A model generated the notes under the pieces. The model was not told the origin of the DNA. It searched no databases and worked only from the letters and a program-made list of their open reading frames with translations. The position numbers were made by a program, and so were the translations under genes. DNA of 64,000 bases from contig URMS01000008.1 in assembly GCA_900548975.1 (NCBI GenBank), positions 13,397 to 77,396 of the forward strand. Direction: 5' to 3'. Source of the DNA: an uncultured Porphyromonadaceae bacterium. GTDB lineage: Bacteria; Bacteroidota; Bacteroidia; Bacteroidales; Muribaculaceae. This document shows, piece by piece, positions 50,834 to 59,678 of the stretch. Positions within the stretch are counted from its first letter, which is position 1, and every line of letters begins with the position of its first letter.

Positions 50834-52290
50834 TTCCTGGAGGCGTTGAGTTTCTTGCGTGCCGATACCTCCCAGGTGCGGATGCGGTCCTTGTAGAGGT
50901 TGTTTGCGTTTGTCTTGTTGATGTCGAGGGCGGCATCGGAGTTGTCTTCCCAGCGGCGGCAGAAATAGACAACGTCGTATACGCGGCCTATCTGGTGCTT
51001 ACGCGAGAACATAAGGCCGAGGGCGTAGTCCTCGCCGTAGGAGGTGTTGGGCACCATGATGTCGCGCAGCATGGGAGTGTAGAAAGCGCGGGGTGCGCCG
51101 AGGCCGTTGATGCGCAGAGCGTTGTTGCGGCCGTTTTCGGGAGTCCACTCCTTGTGGTCGATCACGCCCGGGGGAATGGGCAGCATGTTGATATCGGTGA
51201 GCATGTAGGTGCCTACCACCATGCCGGCATTGTTGTCGTAGAATGCCTTGACCATTTTTGCGAGTGTGTTTTCGTCGGCATATACGTCGTCGGAGTCGAG
51301 CTGCACGCAGAACTTGCCTGCGCGGGGATCCATGGCGCCCACATTCCAGCAACCGCCGATGCCAAGATCGGCACGCTCAGGAATGATGTGGATCACGCGG
51401 GGATCGGATGCGAACTCATCGATGGCTTCGGACGTGCCGTCGGTGGAGTGGTTGTCGATGATGATGAGGTTGAAGTCGAAGTCGGCTTTCTGGCTGAGTA
51501 CACTGCGGATAGCGTCGCGGATGGTGCGCACGCGGTTGCGGACGGGGATGATTACCGATGCCTCGACGGGGAAATCGCCGCGGTTGAACTCGATTGGCTC
51601 GAAGACGGGCTCGAGGTATGCGCCAATTTCCTTGAGGTGCTCGGTGCAGGCTTTTTCCATTTCGATCTGTACGCCGCGGTTCTTGGGGTCGACGTAGTCG
51701 AATATTTTCTTGCCCGAAGCGCGGTTATCGACGGTGACGTCGCTGTAGAGGTATTCGTTGATATGCACTATGGGAGCGATGCGGCTCAGATGCAGGCGCA
51801 GGTCGTAGAGACCGGCGGCGGTGTAGTCGGCCTTCATTTCGGAAGCTGCCTTGACGAAGTCGGCGGCGTTGAAGAAGAGCACCGAACCGAAGTCAAAGTC
51901 ATCGCGGAGCGAGCCTTCCTGATAGTCGATTACGGGAGCGTTGGCACGTACGCCCTCAACCACCGAATAGTGGTCGGCATAGAGCATGGAAGCGCCGCTG
52001 TCCTTGGCAATCTCGACGAAGCGGTGAAGGGCGTAGTAACCCGGCTCGAGGGTGTTGGTCTTGGTGTAGAAAAGCACGTATTCGGCATTTCCTACATGGG
52101 CGGCCATGGCGCGCACGGTGGCGGAGGAGTTGAGGCTGTCGACATGGAGCATGTCGCAACCCAGACACGGAGTGGCAGCGGCATCGGTAGCCAGCAGAGT
52201 GACGTTCGATACCAGCGAACAAGCCTTCAGATTGGCCACGGTGGGCGCGGCCTGCTCTTCGCTCAGGAAGGGGACAAAACAGTGTATCAT
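50830..52290 (-). CDS. Glycosyltransferase family 2 with an extra degenerate N-terminal GT-A-like domain
   Basis: C-terminal half: ASVIIPVRNR, IDNHSTDGT, QLDSDDVY, GEDY. N-terminal half: YADH...DYQEGSLRDDFDFG. Confidence 0.85.
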   Translation of the reverse strand: MIHCFVPFLSEEQAAPTVANLKACSLVSNVTLLATDAAATPCLGCDMLHVDSLNSSATVRAMAAHVGNAEYVLFYTKTNTLEPGYYALHRFVEIAKDSGASMLYADHYSVVEGVRANAPVIDYQEGSLRDDFDFGSVLFFNAADFVKAASEMKADYTAAGLYDLRLHLSRIAPIVHINEYLYSDVTVDNRASGKKIFDYVDPKNRGVQIEMEKACTEHLKEIGAYLEPVFEPIEFNRGDFPVEASVIIPVRNRVRTIRDAIRSVLSQKADFDFNLIIIDNHSTDGTSEAIDEFASDPRVIHIIPERADLGIGGCWNVGAMDPRAGKFCVQLDSDDVYADENTLAKMVKAFYDNNAGMVVGTYMLTDINMLPIPPGVIDHKEWTPENGRNNALRINGLGAPRAFYTPMLRDIMVPNTSYGEDYALGLMFSRKHQIGRVYDVVYFCRRWEDNSDAALDINKTNANNLYKDRIRTWEVSARKKLNASRK

Positions 52291-52303
52291 ATTATGGTGT
52301 GTT

Positions 52304-55258
52304 TTATTTATTTTCGAGAAATTTAAGAATCTGATTCATGAGATTGAGTTTGGCCGAGCCGTCGCCCTTGATGGTCTCGAAGGGGAAGCCTATGACTATA
52401 GCCTTGTGAGTGGGGGCGCTGAACACGGTACCGGCCACAAGATTGTTCTCGCTGTAGCGCATGAAGGTGGCGCCGGTGGCCTTGTCGGCGGGATAGAACG
52501 AGTCGGGCGACTCGATGGCGTAGAAGTCGGGGTTGTACTCGTTGTAGAAGTCGTAGGTTCCTTTGCCGAATTCCTTGAAGCGGCAGGGCACTTCGTATGC
52601 CTGACCGGTGACGGAGGCCTGGCCTACGCGCCAGTTGAAGCCCAGCACCTCGCGGGCGAATTTCTTGTCGGCTTCGGCAGTTTCAGCACTGGAGTAGGGG
52701 TTGTCCCATATATCGGTGGCGACATACGAGCCGCTTACGAAGAAGCCGGTGCCTTTGGCGGCAAGGTCGGCCATGCGGGTCTGCAGGGCTGTGGGGAATG
52801 CTTTGTAGCGGGTGCCGTAGGCGCCGGTGCCGGTTATGGTTTCTTTCTGCTTGCCGAGAATGAGGTCGACGGCCTGAGGTGTGTCGGTCGATTCGCAGAA
52901 CGCTTCGACAGAGGTCGATACAAACGACCATCCGGCTGCCATGGCATAGTAGCCGTGCTCTGCGGTATAGTCGAAGGTATTGCCTGCAATAACCTTGGTC
53001 TCATAGTTGGCGCGCGAAGCACCGAAGCCGGCGGCATCGTCGTCCATCCACGGTATCTGGCGGCGGAATTCGAACTGTTCGCCGATGAAGGATATGTCCT
53101 GAACATAGGGTACACCGCCGTCGCGGGCAGTGTAGAAGCCGGCGATCTCGGTCGAATCCTGACCGGCGTCGAAGCGGTCGGGCGCGCTGATACGAGTGAA
53201 GCCGTTGACGACTGTCAGGAGCTTTGTCGAACCTTCGGCACGTCCGCAGGCAAGTACTTCGGAGGGGAAGGATACGCCGCCGTCGTTGCCTGCTATAATG
53301 CGGTACGATGTCACGGCGCCGGGCACTACATTGTTGACGGTGTATTCAGGCTTTTCCGTACGTGCGATGGTGCGGAAGGCTCCGTCGTCTTTGCGCTCCT
53401 GCACGAGGTAGAAGGTGGGTTGTGCTGTCTTTTCGGTTTTGTCGACAGTTTCTTTCCATGTCAGTTTCCAGAAGCCGCCGGCATCGGTGATGGCGAAGGC
53501 GCGGACAGGCAGAGGCTGAACCACGTAGGGACGGCCGTCGCGCTGGGCTATGTACTTAAGCATGCCCTTGTAGATGGCGCGGCTGACGGTGAAGCGGAAT
53601 GTCGGGTCGAGACCGTAGGACATGTCGGCGAAATTCTGATGGCTGAGGAACTCGAGCAGCATGGCCGGTACCTGGGGCGAACGGGCTTCGTGGTATGAGC
53701 GGTCCCACATGCCGCGGCGTGTCCAGTTGGGCTCGAACTGGCCGCGGACGTCGTCGACGATATTGGTCATAATAATATCGGTGAGGTCGCGCGATGCCAG
53801 TCGGGTGCTGCCGTTGCCGAGAGTTTCGCCCTGGGTGCAGTAGATGCCGAGGGTGCCGATGATGGAGTCGTTGAGGGTTGTGCCGGCATCGGTGTGGAAA
53901 GCGAAGCTGAGATCGACGGGGATGTTGAGACCTTTCTGACCGGGAAGCATGGACGAGCCGCCTGCGAGCCAGTTGACCCACAGACCGCGGCTGCAATAGT
54001 CGTCGGTATAGTCGTTGACGTTTTCGGTCTTGGTATACACACTGTCGGGTGCGCCGGCCCACTGCAGGAAGTAGCGGGCGCCTTCGGTGAAGCGGGGATA
54101 GCCCGAAAGCACGTACTCGTAGTCGATACTGTCGAGAGGTTCCTTGACGATACGGGCGACATTGCCCATGCCGCCGCCGATTTTGACTGCGTCGGCGCTG
54201 ACAACGGTACCTTTATCGCCTGTGTTGGCAAGTTCGACGATAGTTTTGTTGCGACCGGCCTTGAGAGGGAAGTGTCCGAGATATATCCAGGTTCCGCCAC
54301 CCATGCGCTGGTTAACGGTTACATTGTGCTCGCCGTCGGCGGCGTGGATTTTGTAGCTTGCGCGGTCGCTGCTGTTGGGACGCGACTGGTAGCTGACATA
54401 TACGGCATATGAGTTGTCCTGCGGAATGTCTGTTTTCCAGGAGAATACCGTAGACGCTTTCTCAGATGCGTCGGCTACGGCAGCCGTGCCTTCTTTGAAG
54501 GGATTGTCACCTACATGAAGCTCTTTTTTAGTATATCCGAAGCCCGGAACTGTAGTATATTTTCCGTTGGCTTCGAACGTTCCTTTGGTGAAGTCGGAAG
54601 CGTCGTTGTCGATAATAAGCTCGACGGTGTTGACGTCGCGTTCGCGGGGGCTCATCACATATGCGCCGGCGTTTTCGAGCATGGGCATGAGGAAGGGCAT
54701 GACATAAGCCTGAGGATAGAGGTCCTCGACAGTCTGGAATATGCGTGCGCGCTGCCATTCCCAGCGGTTGAGTTTGGGCTCGAAATACCATCCGTGGCTC
54801 TGCCACAGGGCGATGTTGGCGCCGTCGAGTCCGGCGGGTGCTTTCCACGGCTGGTCGCGGACTACGAAGGGCTTCTTCTCGGTGGGGCCGATGTTCTTTT
54901 TCGGAGCGAAAAGCGCGAGTTTGTCGAGGTCGCTTTTGCCGGACATGAGCCTGACTTTGTACTTGGAGTAGTTCGAGCCGAGAGACTTGCGGATGTCGTT
55001 TTTGATGGCTTCGATTTTTGCAGCATCGAGGGGAACATAGCAGGCGTTGCCGTTATAGTCGACTACGATGGTTTTTTTAGAAGTGTTGACCGTCACTTTT
55101 TTGGCCTCGACCGGGCCGAAGCCGGTGGTGCCCGGAAGATAGTTGTTGATAGCCGCTGTAGCGGCATCTTCTCTGACTCCGGCATCGGCTGTAACAGGTG
55201 CCGATGTGGCCAATAAAGCCATTATGCCCGGAATGAGAACTTTAATTGTGTTTGTCAT
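52304..55258 (-). CDS. Exported multidomain protein of the type usually labelled 'xanthan lyase': Amidase_3-like catalytic domain, golvesin/Xly-type CBM-like insert and FN3
   Basis: Signal peptide; IALWQSHG, VEDL, FAFHTDAG, PAMLLEFLSHQN; insert VNQRMGGGTWIYLG..VSADAVKIGGG; FN3 SYRIIAGNDGGVSFPSE. Confidence 0.75.
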   Translation of the reverse strand: MTNTIKVLIPGIMALLATSAPVTADAGVREDAATAAINNYLPGTTGFGPVEAKKVTVNTSKKTIVVDYNGNACYVPLDAAKIEAIKNDIRKSLGSNYSKYKVRLMSGKSDLDKLALFAPKKNIGPTEKKPFVVRDQPWKAPAGLDGANIALWQSHGWYFEPKLNRWEWQRARIFQTVEDLYPQAYVMPFLMPMLENAGAYVMSPRERDVNTVELIIDNDASDFTKGTFEANGKYTTVPGFGYTKKELHVGDNPFKEGTAAVADASEKASTVFSWKTDIPQDNSYAVYVSYQSRPNSSDRASYKIHAADGEHNVTVNQRMGGGTWIYLGHFPLKAGRNKTIVELANTGDKGTVVSADAVKIGGGMGNVARIVKEPLDSIDYEYVLSGYPRFTEGARYFLQWAGAPDSVYTKTENVNDYTDDYCSRGLWVNWLAGGSSMLPGQKGLNIPVDLSFAFHTDAGTTLNDSIIGTLGIYCTQGETLGNGSTRLASRDLTDIIMTNIVDDVRGQFEPNWTRRGMWDRSYHEARSPQVPAMLLEFLSHQNFADMSYGLDPTFRFTVSRAIYKGMLKYIAQRDGRPYVVQPLPVRAFAITDAGGFWKLTWKETVDKTEKTAQPTFYLVQERKDDGAFRTIARTEKPEYTVNNVVPGAVTSYRIIAGNDGGVSFPSEVLACGRAEGSTKLLTVVNGFTRISAPDRFDAGQDSTEIAGFYTARDGGVPYVQDISFIGEQFEFRRQIPWMDDDAAGFGASRANYETKVIAGNTFDYTAEHGYYAMAAGWSFVSTSVEAFCESTDTPQAVDLILGKQKETITGTGAYGTRYKAFPTALQTRMADLAAKGTGFFVSGSYVATDIWDNPYSSAETAEADKKFAREVLGFNWRVGQASVTGQAYEVPCRFKEFGKGTYDFYNEYNPDFYAIESPDSFYPADKATGATFMRYSENNLVAGTVFSAPTHKAIVIGFPFETIKGDGSAKLNLMNQILKFLENK

Positions 55259-55303
55259 GTGGTTTGTAATCGGTTTTAGGGCAAGCATTATTCACCCGAT
55301 AGG

Positions 55304-55311
55304 CAAAAGTA
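55304..55311 (-). promoter_or_regulatory. -7 element heading the peptidoglycan-scavenging operon
   Basis: Minus-strand TACTTTTG about 45 nt upstream of ATG 55258. Confidence 0.6.
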
Positions 55312-55446
55312 AGAAAAAAGAAAAAGCGACACAAACCGGAGGTCTTATAAATTTAGTATTTAAACACTATTTAATAATCGACAATATATTTTTAGAAATA
55401 GCGCGCTTATCCTGTGTTGCCAGGACGAGCGCGCCGGGGAAGAGAA

Positions 55447-55647
55447 TCAATCGTTATCTTCAAGAATGAAGAGCTGTTCTACCTGTTTTCCGAAATAGCG
55501 GGCTATTTTTAGAGCGAGAGGGGTGGAGGGCATGAATCGTCCGTTTTCGATGGCCACTATTGTCTGTCGGCTGACACCGACGGCCTCGGCGAGTTCCTGC
55601 TGGGTGATGTCTTTTTCGGCCCGTTCTACTTTTATTCTATTTTTCAT
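55447..55647 (-). CDS. Small Xre/Cro-C1 HTH transcriptional regulator
   Basis: MKNRIK..R...ITQQELAEAVGVSRQTIVAIE.GRFMPS..LALKIARYF...VEQLF. Confidence 0.92.
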   Translation of the reverse strand: MKNRIKVERAEKDITQQELAEAVGVSRQTIVAIENGRFMPSTPLALKIARYFGKQVEQLFILEDND

Positions 55648-56041
55648 CGCTGACAGAGTAGTATTTATGCATTTCGTAGCGGAAGCGGAGAGTGAATATT
55701 ATGGGAAAAGCCACGAGGTTTGCCACCATAACGTAGAAATATGCCATGCCGTTGATGGCCAGTGTTTCTATCACCAGAAATACCACATAGGCATAGAGCG
55801 CACTGAGGAGCGAACGGAGGCGGATGGCGCCGGTCATTTCGTCTTCGATGCGTTCGCGCGAGCAGGTGATGAAAAGCGCCCCCACAGCGATGCCAATGAT
55901 GGTTACGTCGTGGACAATGATTTCTGTAATTCCGCGCATGTCGCAGAGTCCGGAAAACTCGGCTATGCCAAGGATGATTGCCGGCAGGAACATGACCCAG
56001 CCGATGATGCGGAAAATCCGCGGGAAGAGGAAAATTTTCAT
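55637..56041 (-). CDS. Four-TM membrane protein paired with the Xre regulator
   Basis: SRERIEDEM...IRLRSL motif between TM segments; overlaps the Xre gene. Confidence 0.75.
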   Translation of the reverse strand: MKIFLFPRIFRIIGWVMFLPAIILGIAEFSGLCDMRGITEIIVHDVTIIGIAVGALFITCSRERIEDEMTGAIRLRSLLSALYAYVVFLVIETLAINGMAYFYVMVANLVAFPIIFTLRFRYEMHKYYSVSDEK

Positions 56042-56066
56042 AGTCAGTATTATTTAAGTGACGCTG

Positions 56067-56108
56067 CAAAGGTAAATGATTCTTTGCAAAAAGTAAATAA
56101 TACTTTAC
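56067..56108 (-). promoter_or_regulatory. Promoter with two tandem GTAAA-N6-TTT(A/G)C operator-like palindromes
   Basis: TACCTTTG (-7) at 56074-56067; GTAAATGATTCTTTGC (56072-56087) and GTAAATAATACTTTAC (56093-56108), 21 bp apart. Confidence 0.6.
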
Positions 56109-56157
56109 ATTAAAGAATGTTAAATTATTATCCTCTCCAGTACCCACTCTCTAAAGC

Positions 56158-56952
56158 TTATTCGAGCAGGGCCTTGCGGACGGCCGGATAGAGCAGCGGG
56201 TTGGAGGCGAGGAGAGAGAAGTTGCGGTCGGTGCGGATGGATTCGATAACGGCGCCGGCTTCGGAGGCTATGAGACGTCCGGCGGCTATGTCCCAGCGGT
56301 TGAGATTGAGTTCCCAGTAGGCGTCGAAGAATCCGGCGGCTGTATAGCAGAGGTCTATTGCAGCGGAACCCATGCGGCGTATTCCGCGTACGAGCATGGC
56401 CATGCGGCATATTTCGGCGAGATTGTTGTCGGGGTTGTCGTTGCGGTCGTAGGGCATTCCGGTGGCGAGCACGGCTTTCGACATCTCGGCTTTGTCGGAG
56501 CAGCGGATGGCTTTGCCGTTTAGCCATGCGCCATGACCCTTAACACCATAGAAGCATTCGCCGAGGTAGGGTGCGAAGACCACGCCGAGCACTGCGTCGC
56601 CATTGTGTTCCAGCGCTATCGACACGCTGAATACCGGCAGGCCCATGGCATAGTTGGTGGTGCCGTCGAGCGGGTCGATAACCCAGCGCCATTCTCTGTC
56701 GTCGTTCTCGCTGCCGGATTCCTCGGAGATAATGCCGTGAAGAGGGTAGTGGGTGCGGATATAAGAAAGGATCGAGGCTTCGGCTTCCTTGTCGGCGATT
56801 GTCACAACGTCGCTGTCGTTGAGTTTGGTCGACTGTTCGAGGCCGGCCTTGCGGAAATACTTCATGTGTATTTCGCCGGCATTTTCGGCCATGGTGAGGG
56901 CTGCATGCAGCAAGGTGCTGTATTCCCAGGGGAGTTCGGGCAGATTATTCAT
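56158..56952 (-). CDS. suhB: Inositol monophosphatase family protein
   Basis: DVVTIADKEAE, SEES, WVIDPLDGTTNY, RRMGSAA, WDIAAG. Confidence 0.9.
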   Translation of the reverse strand: MNNLPELPWEYSTLLHAALTMAENAGEIHMKYFRKAGLEQSTKLNDSDVVTIADKEAEASILSYIRTHYPLHGIISEESGSENDDREWRWVIDPLDGTTNYAMGLPVFSVSIALEHNGDAVLGVVFAPYLGECFYGVKGHGAWLNGKAIRCSDKAEMSKAVLATGMPYDRNDNPDNNLAEICRMAMLVRGIRRMGSAAIDLCYTAAGFFDAYWELNLNRWDIAAGRLIASEAGAVIESIRTDRNFSLLASNPLLYPAVRKALLE

Positions 56953-57040
56953 ATTCTTCCAACGGTGATTTTTGAGGCTCAAAGGTAGTGATTCTGCACG
57001 GTTTTTGCTACTTTGTCGACTTATTCGTATTTTTGCATTT

Positions 57041-57715
57041 ATGAATGTGAGAATTGAACAAACATGGAAGGATACTCTCGCCGCCGAGTGGGAGAAACCC
57101 TATTTTGCCGATTTAGTGGCCTTCGTGCGAGGCAAGTATGCAAGCACTACCGTATATCCGCCGGCCGGACGTATCTTCGCGGCTTTCGATGCATGCCCCT
57201 TCGACAAGGTCAAGGTGGTGATTATCGGTCAGGACCCCTATCACGGTCCGGGGCAGGCGAACGGATTCTGTTTTTCGGTTAATCCGGGTGTGCCTTTCCC
57301 GCCGTCGCTGCTCAATATATTCAAGGAAATGCTGAGCGATGTCGGCGCTCCGGGGCAGCAGATGCCCGCGTCGGGCGACCTGTCGTATCTCGCCGGGCAG
57401 GGCGTACTTCTGCTCAACGCCACTCTCACCGTCGACGCCCACAATGCGGCTTCGCATCAGGGACACGGATGGGAGACATTTACCGATGCGGTGATCGAGC
57501 GCATAAACCGCGAACGCGAGAATGTGGTGTTCCTGCTGTGGGGATCGTATGCCATCCGCAAGGGTGCTCTCATCGACCGCTCGAAGCATCTGGTGCTTAC
57601 CTCGCCGCATCCGTCGCCTCTGTCGGCGCATCGCGGATTTTTCGGCAATCATCATTTCAGTCAGGCCAACGCCTATCTGGCCGCTCATGGCATAGAACCG
57701 GTGAAATGGCTCTGA
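57041..57715 (+). CDS. ung: Uracil-DNA glycosylase (family 1)
   Basis: GQDPYH, PPSL.NI, GVLLLN, HPSPLS. Confidence 0.96.
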   Translation: MNVRIEQTWKDTLAAEWEKPYFADLVAFVRGKYASTTVYPPAGRIFAAFDACPFDKVKVVIIGQDPYHGPGQANGFCFSVNPGVPFPPSLLNIFKEMLSDVGAPGQQMPASGDLSYLAGQGVLLLNATLTVDAHNAASHQGHGWETFTDAVIERINRERENVVFLLWGSYAIRKGALIDRSKHLVLTSPHPSPLSAHRGFFGNHHFSQANAYLAAHGIEPVKWL

Positions 57716-58962
57716 GGTATATTTATGCATTTGTGCTGTTGCTGACGGCGCAGCTATGCCCGGCAGCCACCGACACCATGACCGGTGTTTTCGACGAGCA
57801 CATCAAGTCGCTGCAGGTGCGCCTCGACGGCAACGACTTCGCCGCGCCGATAGTGGTGATGGGCACGCCCGACAGGATACGGATAGACTTCGACCATCTT
57901 GCCGAGGATCGCGAATATTTCCGCTACAGCCTGCAGCACTGCGACTCGCGCTGGCAGCCGTCGGGACTGGTGGACAGCGAGTTTCTCGACGGATTCAATG
58001 AGGGTGTAATCGAGAATTTCGATTATTCGCGCGCCACAGCCGTGCACTATGTGCACTATTCGCTCACCATACCCAACGAGGAGGTGGCGCCGACGATTTC
58101 GGGCAACTATCTGCTGACTGTCTATCGCGAGAGCGATCCGTCGGAGCCGGTGCTTCAGTGCCGGTTCATGGTAAGCGAACAGACCGCGCCGGTAACGGCA
58201 TTTGCAACCACCCGCACCGATGTGGACTACAACAAGGCGCACCAGCAGCTCGAGATATGCGTAGACGCCGAGCGGGCGGAAGTGGAGGATATATATAACG
58301 ATATGCGCGTGGTGGTGCAGCAGAACGGTCGCCTCGACAATGAGCGCGCCCTGAGTCGCCCTCTGCGTACGTCGGGCCGCAAGGCATACTTCGAGCACTC
58401 GCCCGAACTTATTTTCGAGGGCGGCAACGAATACCGCCGTTTCGAGACAGTATCGGAGTTCTATCCGGGCATGAATGTGGAATCGATCGATTTCTTGCAT
58501 CCCTACCGGCATTTTTATCTCTATGTCGACGAGCCGCGTGCCGACCAGACATATCTCTACGACCAGACACAGCACGGACGCTTTTTCGTAAGGCGCCAGG
58601 GCGTATCGGACCACGATACCGAGGCCGACTACGGAGTGGTGCATTTCGAACTCGACATGCCTCAGCTTACCGACGGCTCCATGATATTTCTCGACGGCGA
58701 TTTTGTAAACCGTCGCTTCGACCCGGAGTCGGCCATGCGCTTCAATCCTGTGACCGGACGCTACGAGCGAGCCATGCTGCTCAAGCAGGGCGCATACAAC
58801 TATCAGTATCTCCTGGTGCCTCCGGGCGCCATGCGCGGCTATACCGCCGGCATAGAAGGCGATTCCTACCAGACGGGCAACGAGTATCTGGTGAAGGTCT
58901 ACCACCGTCGGCGAGGCGAGCGCTACGACCGCCTGATCGGCGTATGCCAGATTAATCAATAA
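57706..58962 (+). CDS. DUF5103 protein (T9SS plug-like)
   Basis: Signal peptide; HCD..WQPS, YVHY, SGNYLL, QNGR.DN, GGNEYRRF, LLKQGAYNYQY, EGDSYQTGNEY, RYDRLIG. Confidence 0.8.
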   Translation: MALRYIYAFVLLLTAQLCPAATDTMTGVFDEHIKSLQVRLDGNDFAAPIVVMGTPDRIRIDFDHLAEDREYFRYSLQHCDSRWQPSGLVDSEFLDGFNEGVIENFDYSRATAVHYVHYSLTIPNEEVAPTISGNYLLTVYRESDPSEPVLQCRFMVSEQTAPVTAFATTRTDVDYNKAHQQLEICVDAERAEVEDIYNDMRVVVQQNGRLDNERALSRPLRTSGRKAYFEHSPELIFEGGNEYRRFETVSEFYPGMNVESIDFLHPYRHFYLYVDEPRADQTYLYDQTQHGRFFVRRQGVSDHDTEADYGVVHFELDMPQLTDGSMIFLDGDFVNRRFDPESAMRFNPVTGRYERAMLLKQGAYNYQYLLVPPGAMRGYTAGIEGDSYQTGNEYLVKVYHRRRGERYDRLIGVCQINQ

Positions 58963-58974
58963 TTCAACTTTCGT

Positions 58975-59070
58975 AAGTTTAAGTTTATAAAGTTAAGAAA
59001 GTTAAAAGAGTTAAGAGAATGGTGTCTGTAGCTATTATCTTAACTTTTTAAACCTTTTACTTTTTCAACT
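58975..59070. repeat. AT-rich imperfect inverted repeat built from ~9-bp AAGTTAAGA-like units
   Basis: AAGTTTATA AAGTTAAGA AAGTTAAAA GAGTTAAGA on the left arm; TCTTAACTT TTTAAACCT TTTACTTT TTCAACT on the right arm. Confidence 0.6.
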
Positions 59071-59081
59071 ATATTATAACA

Positions 59082-59678
59082 ATGTTGCAGATTCAGGATA
59101 CTTTGGTAAGTCTCGATTTGGTCGAGCGATTTTTTTGTTGCGATCTCGGGGCATGTAAGGGACAGTGCTGGCTCGAAGGCGATGCGGGCGCACCGCTCGA
59201 GGAGGGCGAGGCGCAGCAGATACGCGACGTGCTGCCTATAGTGTGGGACAGGCTGCTGCCGGCTGCACAGCGCGAGATTGAAGAAAGCGGTGTGAGCTAT
59301 ATCGACCAGGAGGGCGACGAGGTGACATCGCTTGTCGAAGGCCGAAACTGCGTGTTCGCCACCCTCGATGAGGGGGGCAACTGGCTCTGTGCGCTCGAAG
59401 AGGCTTACCGTCAGGGCCGGTCGCCTTTCTTCAAGCCGGTGTCGTGCCATCTCTATCCGGTGCGCGTGAAGAAATATCCCACATTCACGGCCGTGAACTA
59501 TCATCGCTGGAAGATATGCCGCGCCGCCGAGGTGCTCGGTCGCGCTAAAGGTCTCCGGGCCTATCAGTTCCTCGAGGGGCCTCTCCGGCGCCGTTTCGGC
59601 GATGCATGGTACGAAGAGCTTGCCCTCACATGCGGGGAATATCTCAAGGCCTACGGCGGCGACAATGCCCCCGACTGA
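59082..59678 (+). CDS. DUF3109 family Cys-rich protein
   Basis: FCCDL..CKG.C..EGDAGAPL, CVFA, CALE, KPVSCHLYP.R, HRW.IC. Confidence 0.9.
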   Translation: MLQIQDTLVSLDLVERFFCCDLGACKGQCWLEGDAGAPLEEGEAQQIRDVLPIVWDRLLPAAQREIEESGVSYIDQEGDEVTSLVEGRNCVFATLDEGGNWLCALEEAYRQGRSPFFKPVSCHLYPVRVKKYPTFTAVNYHRWKICRAAEVLGRAKGLRAYQFLEGPLRRRFGDAWYEELALTCGEYLKAYGGDNAPD

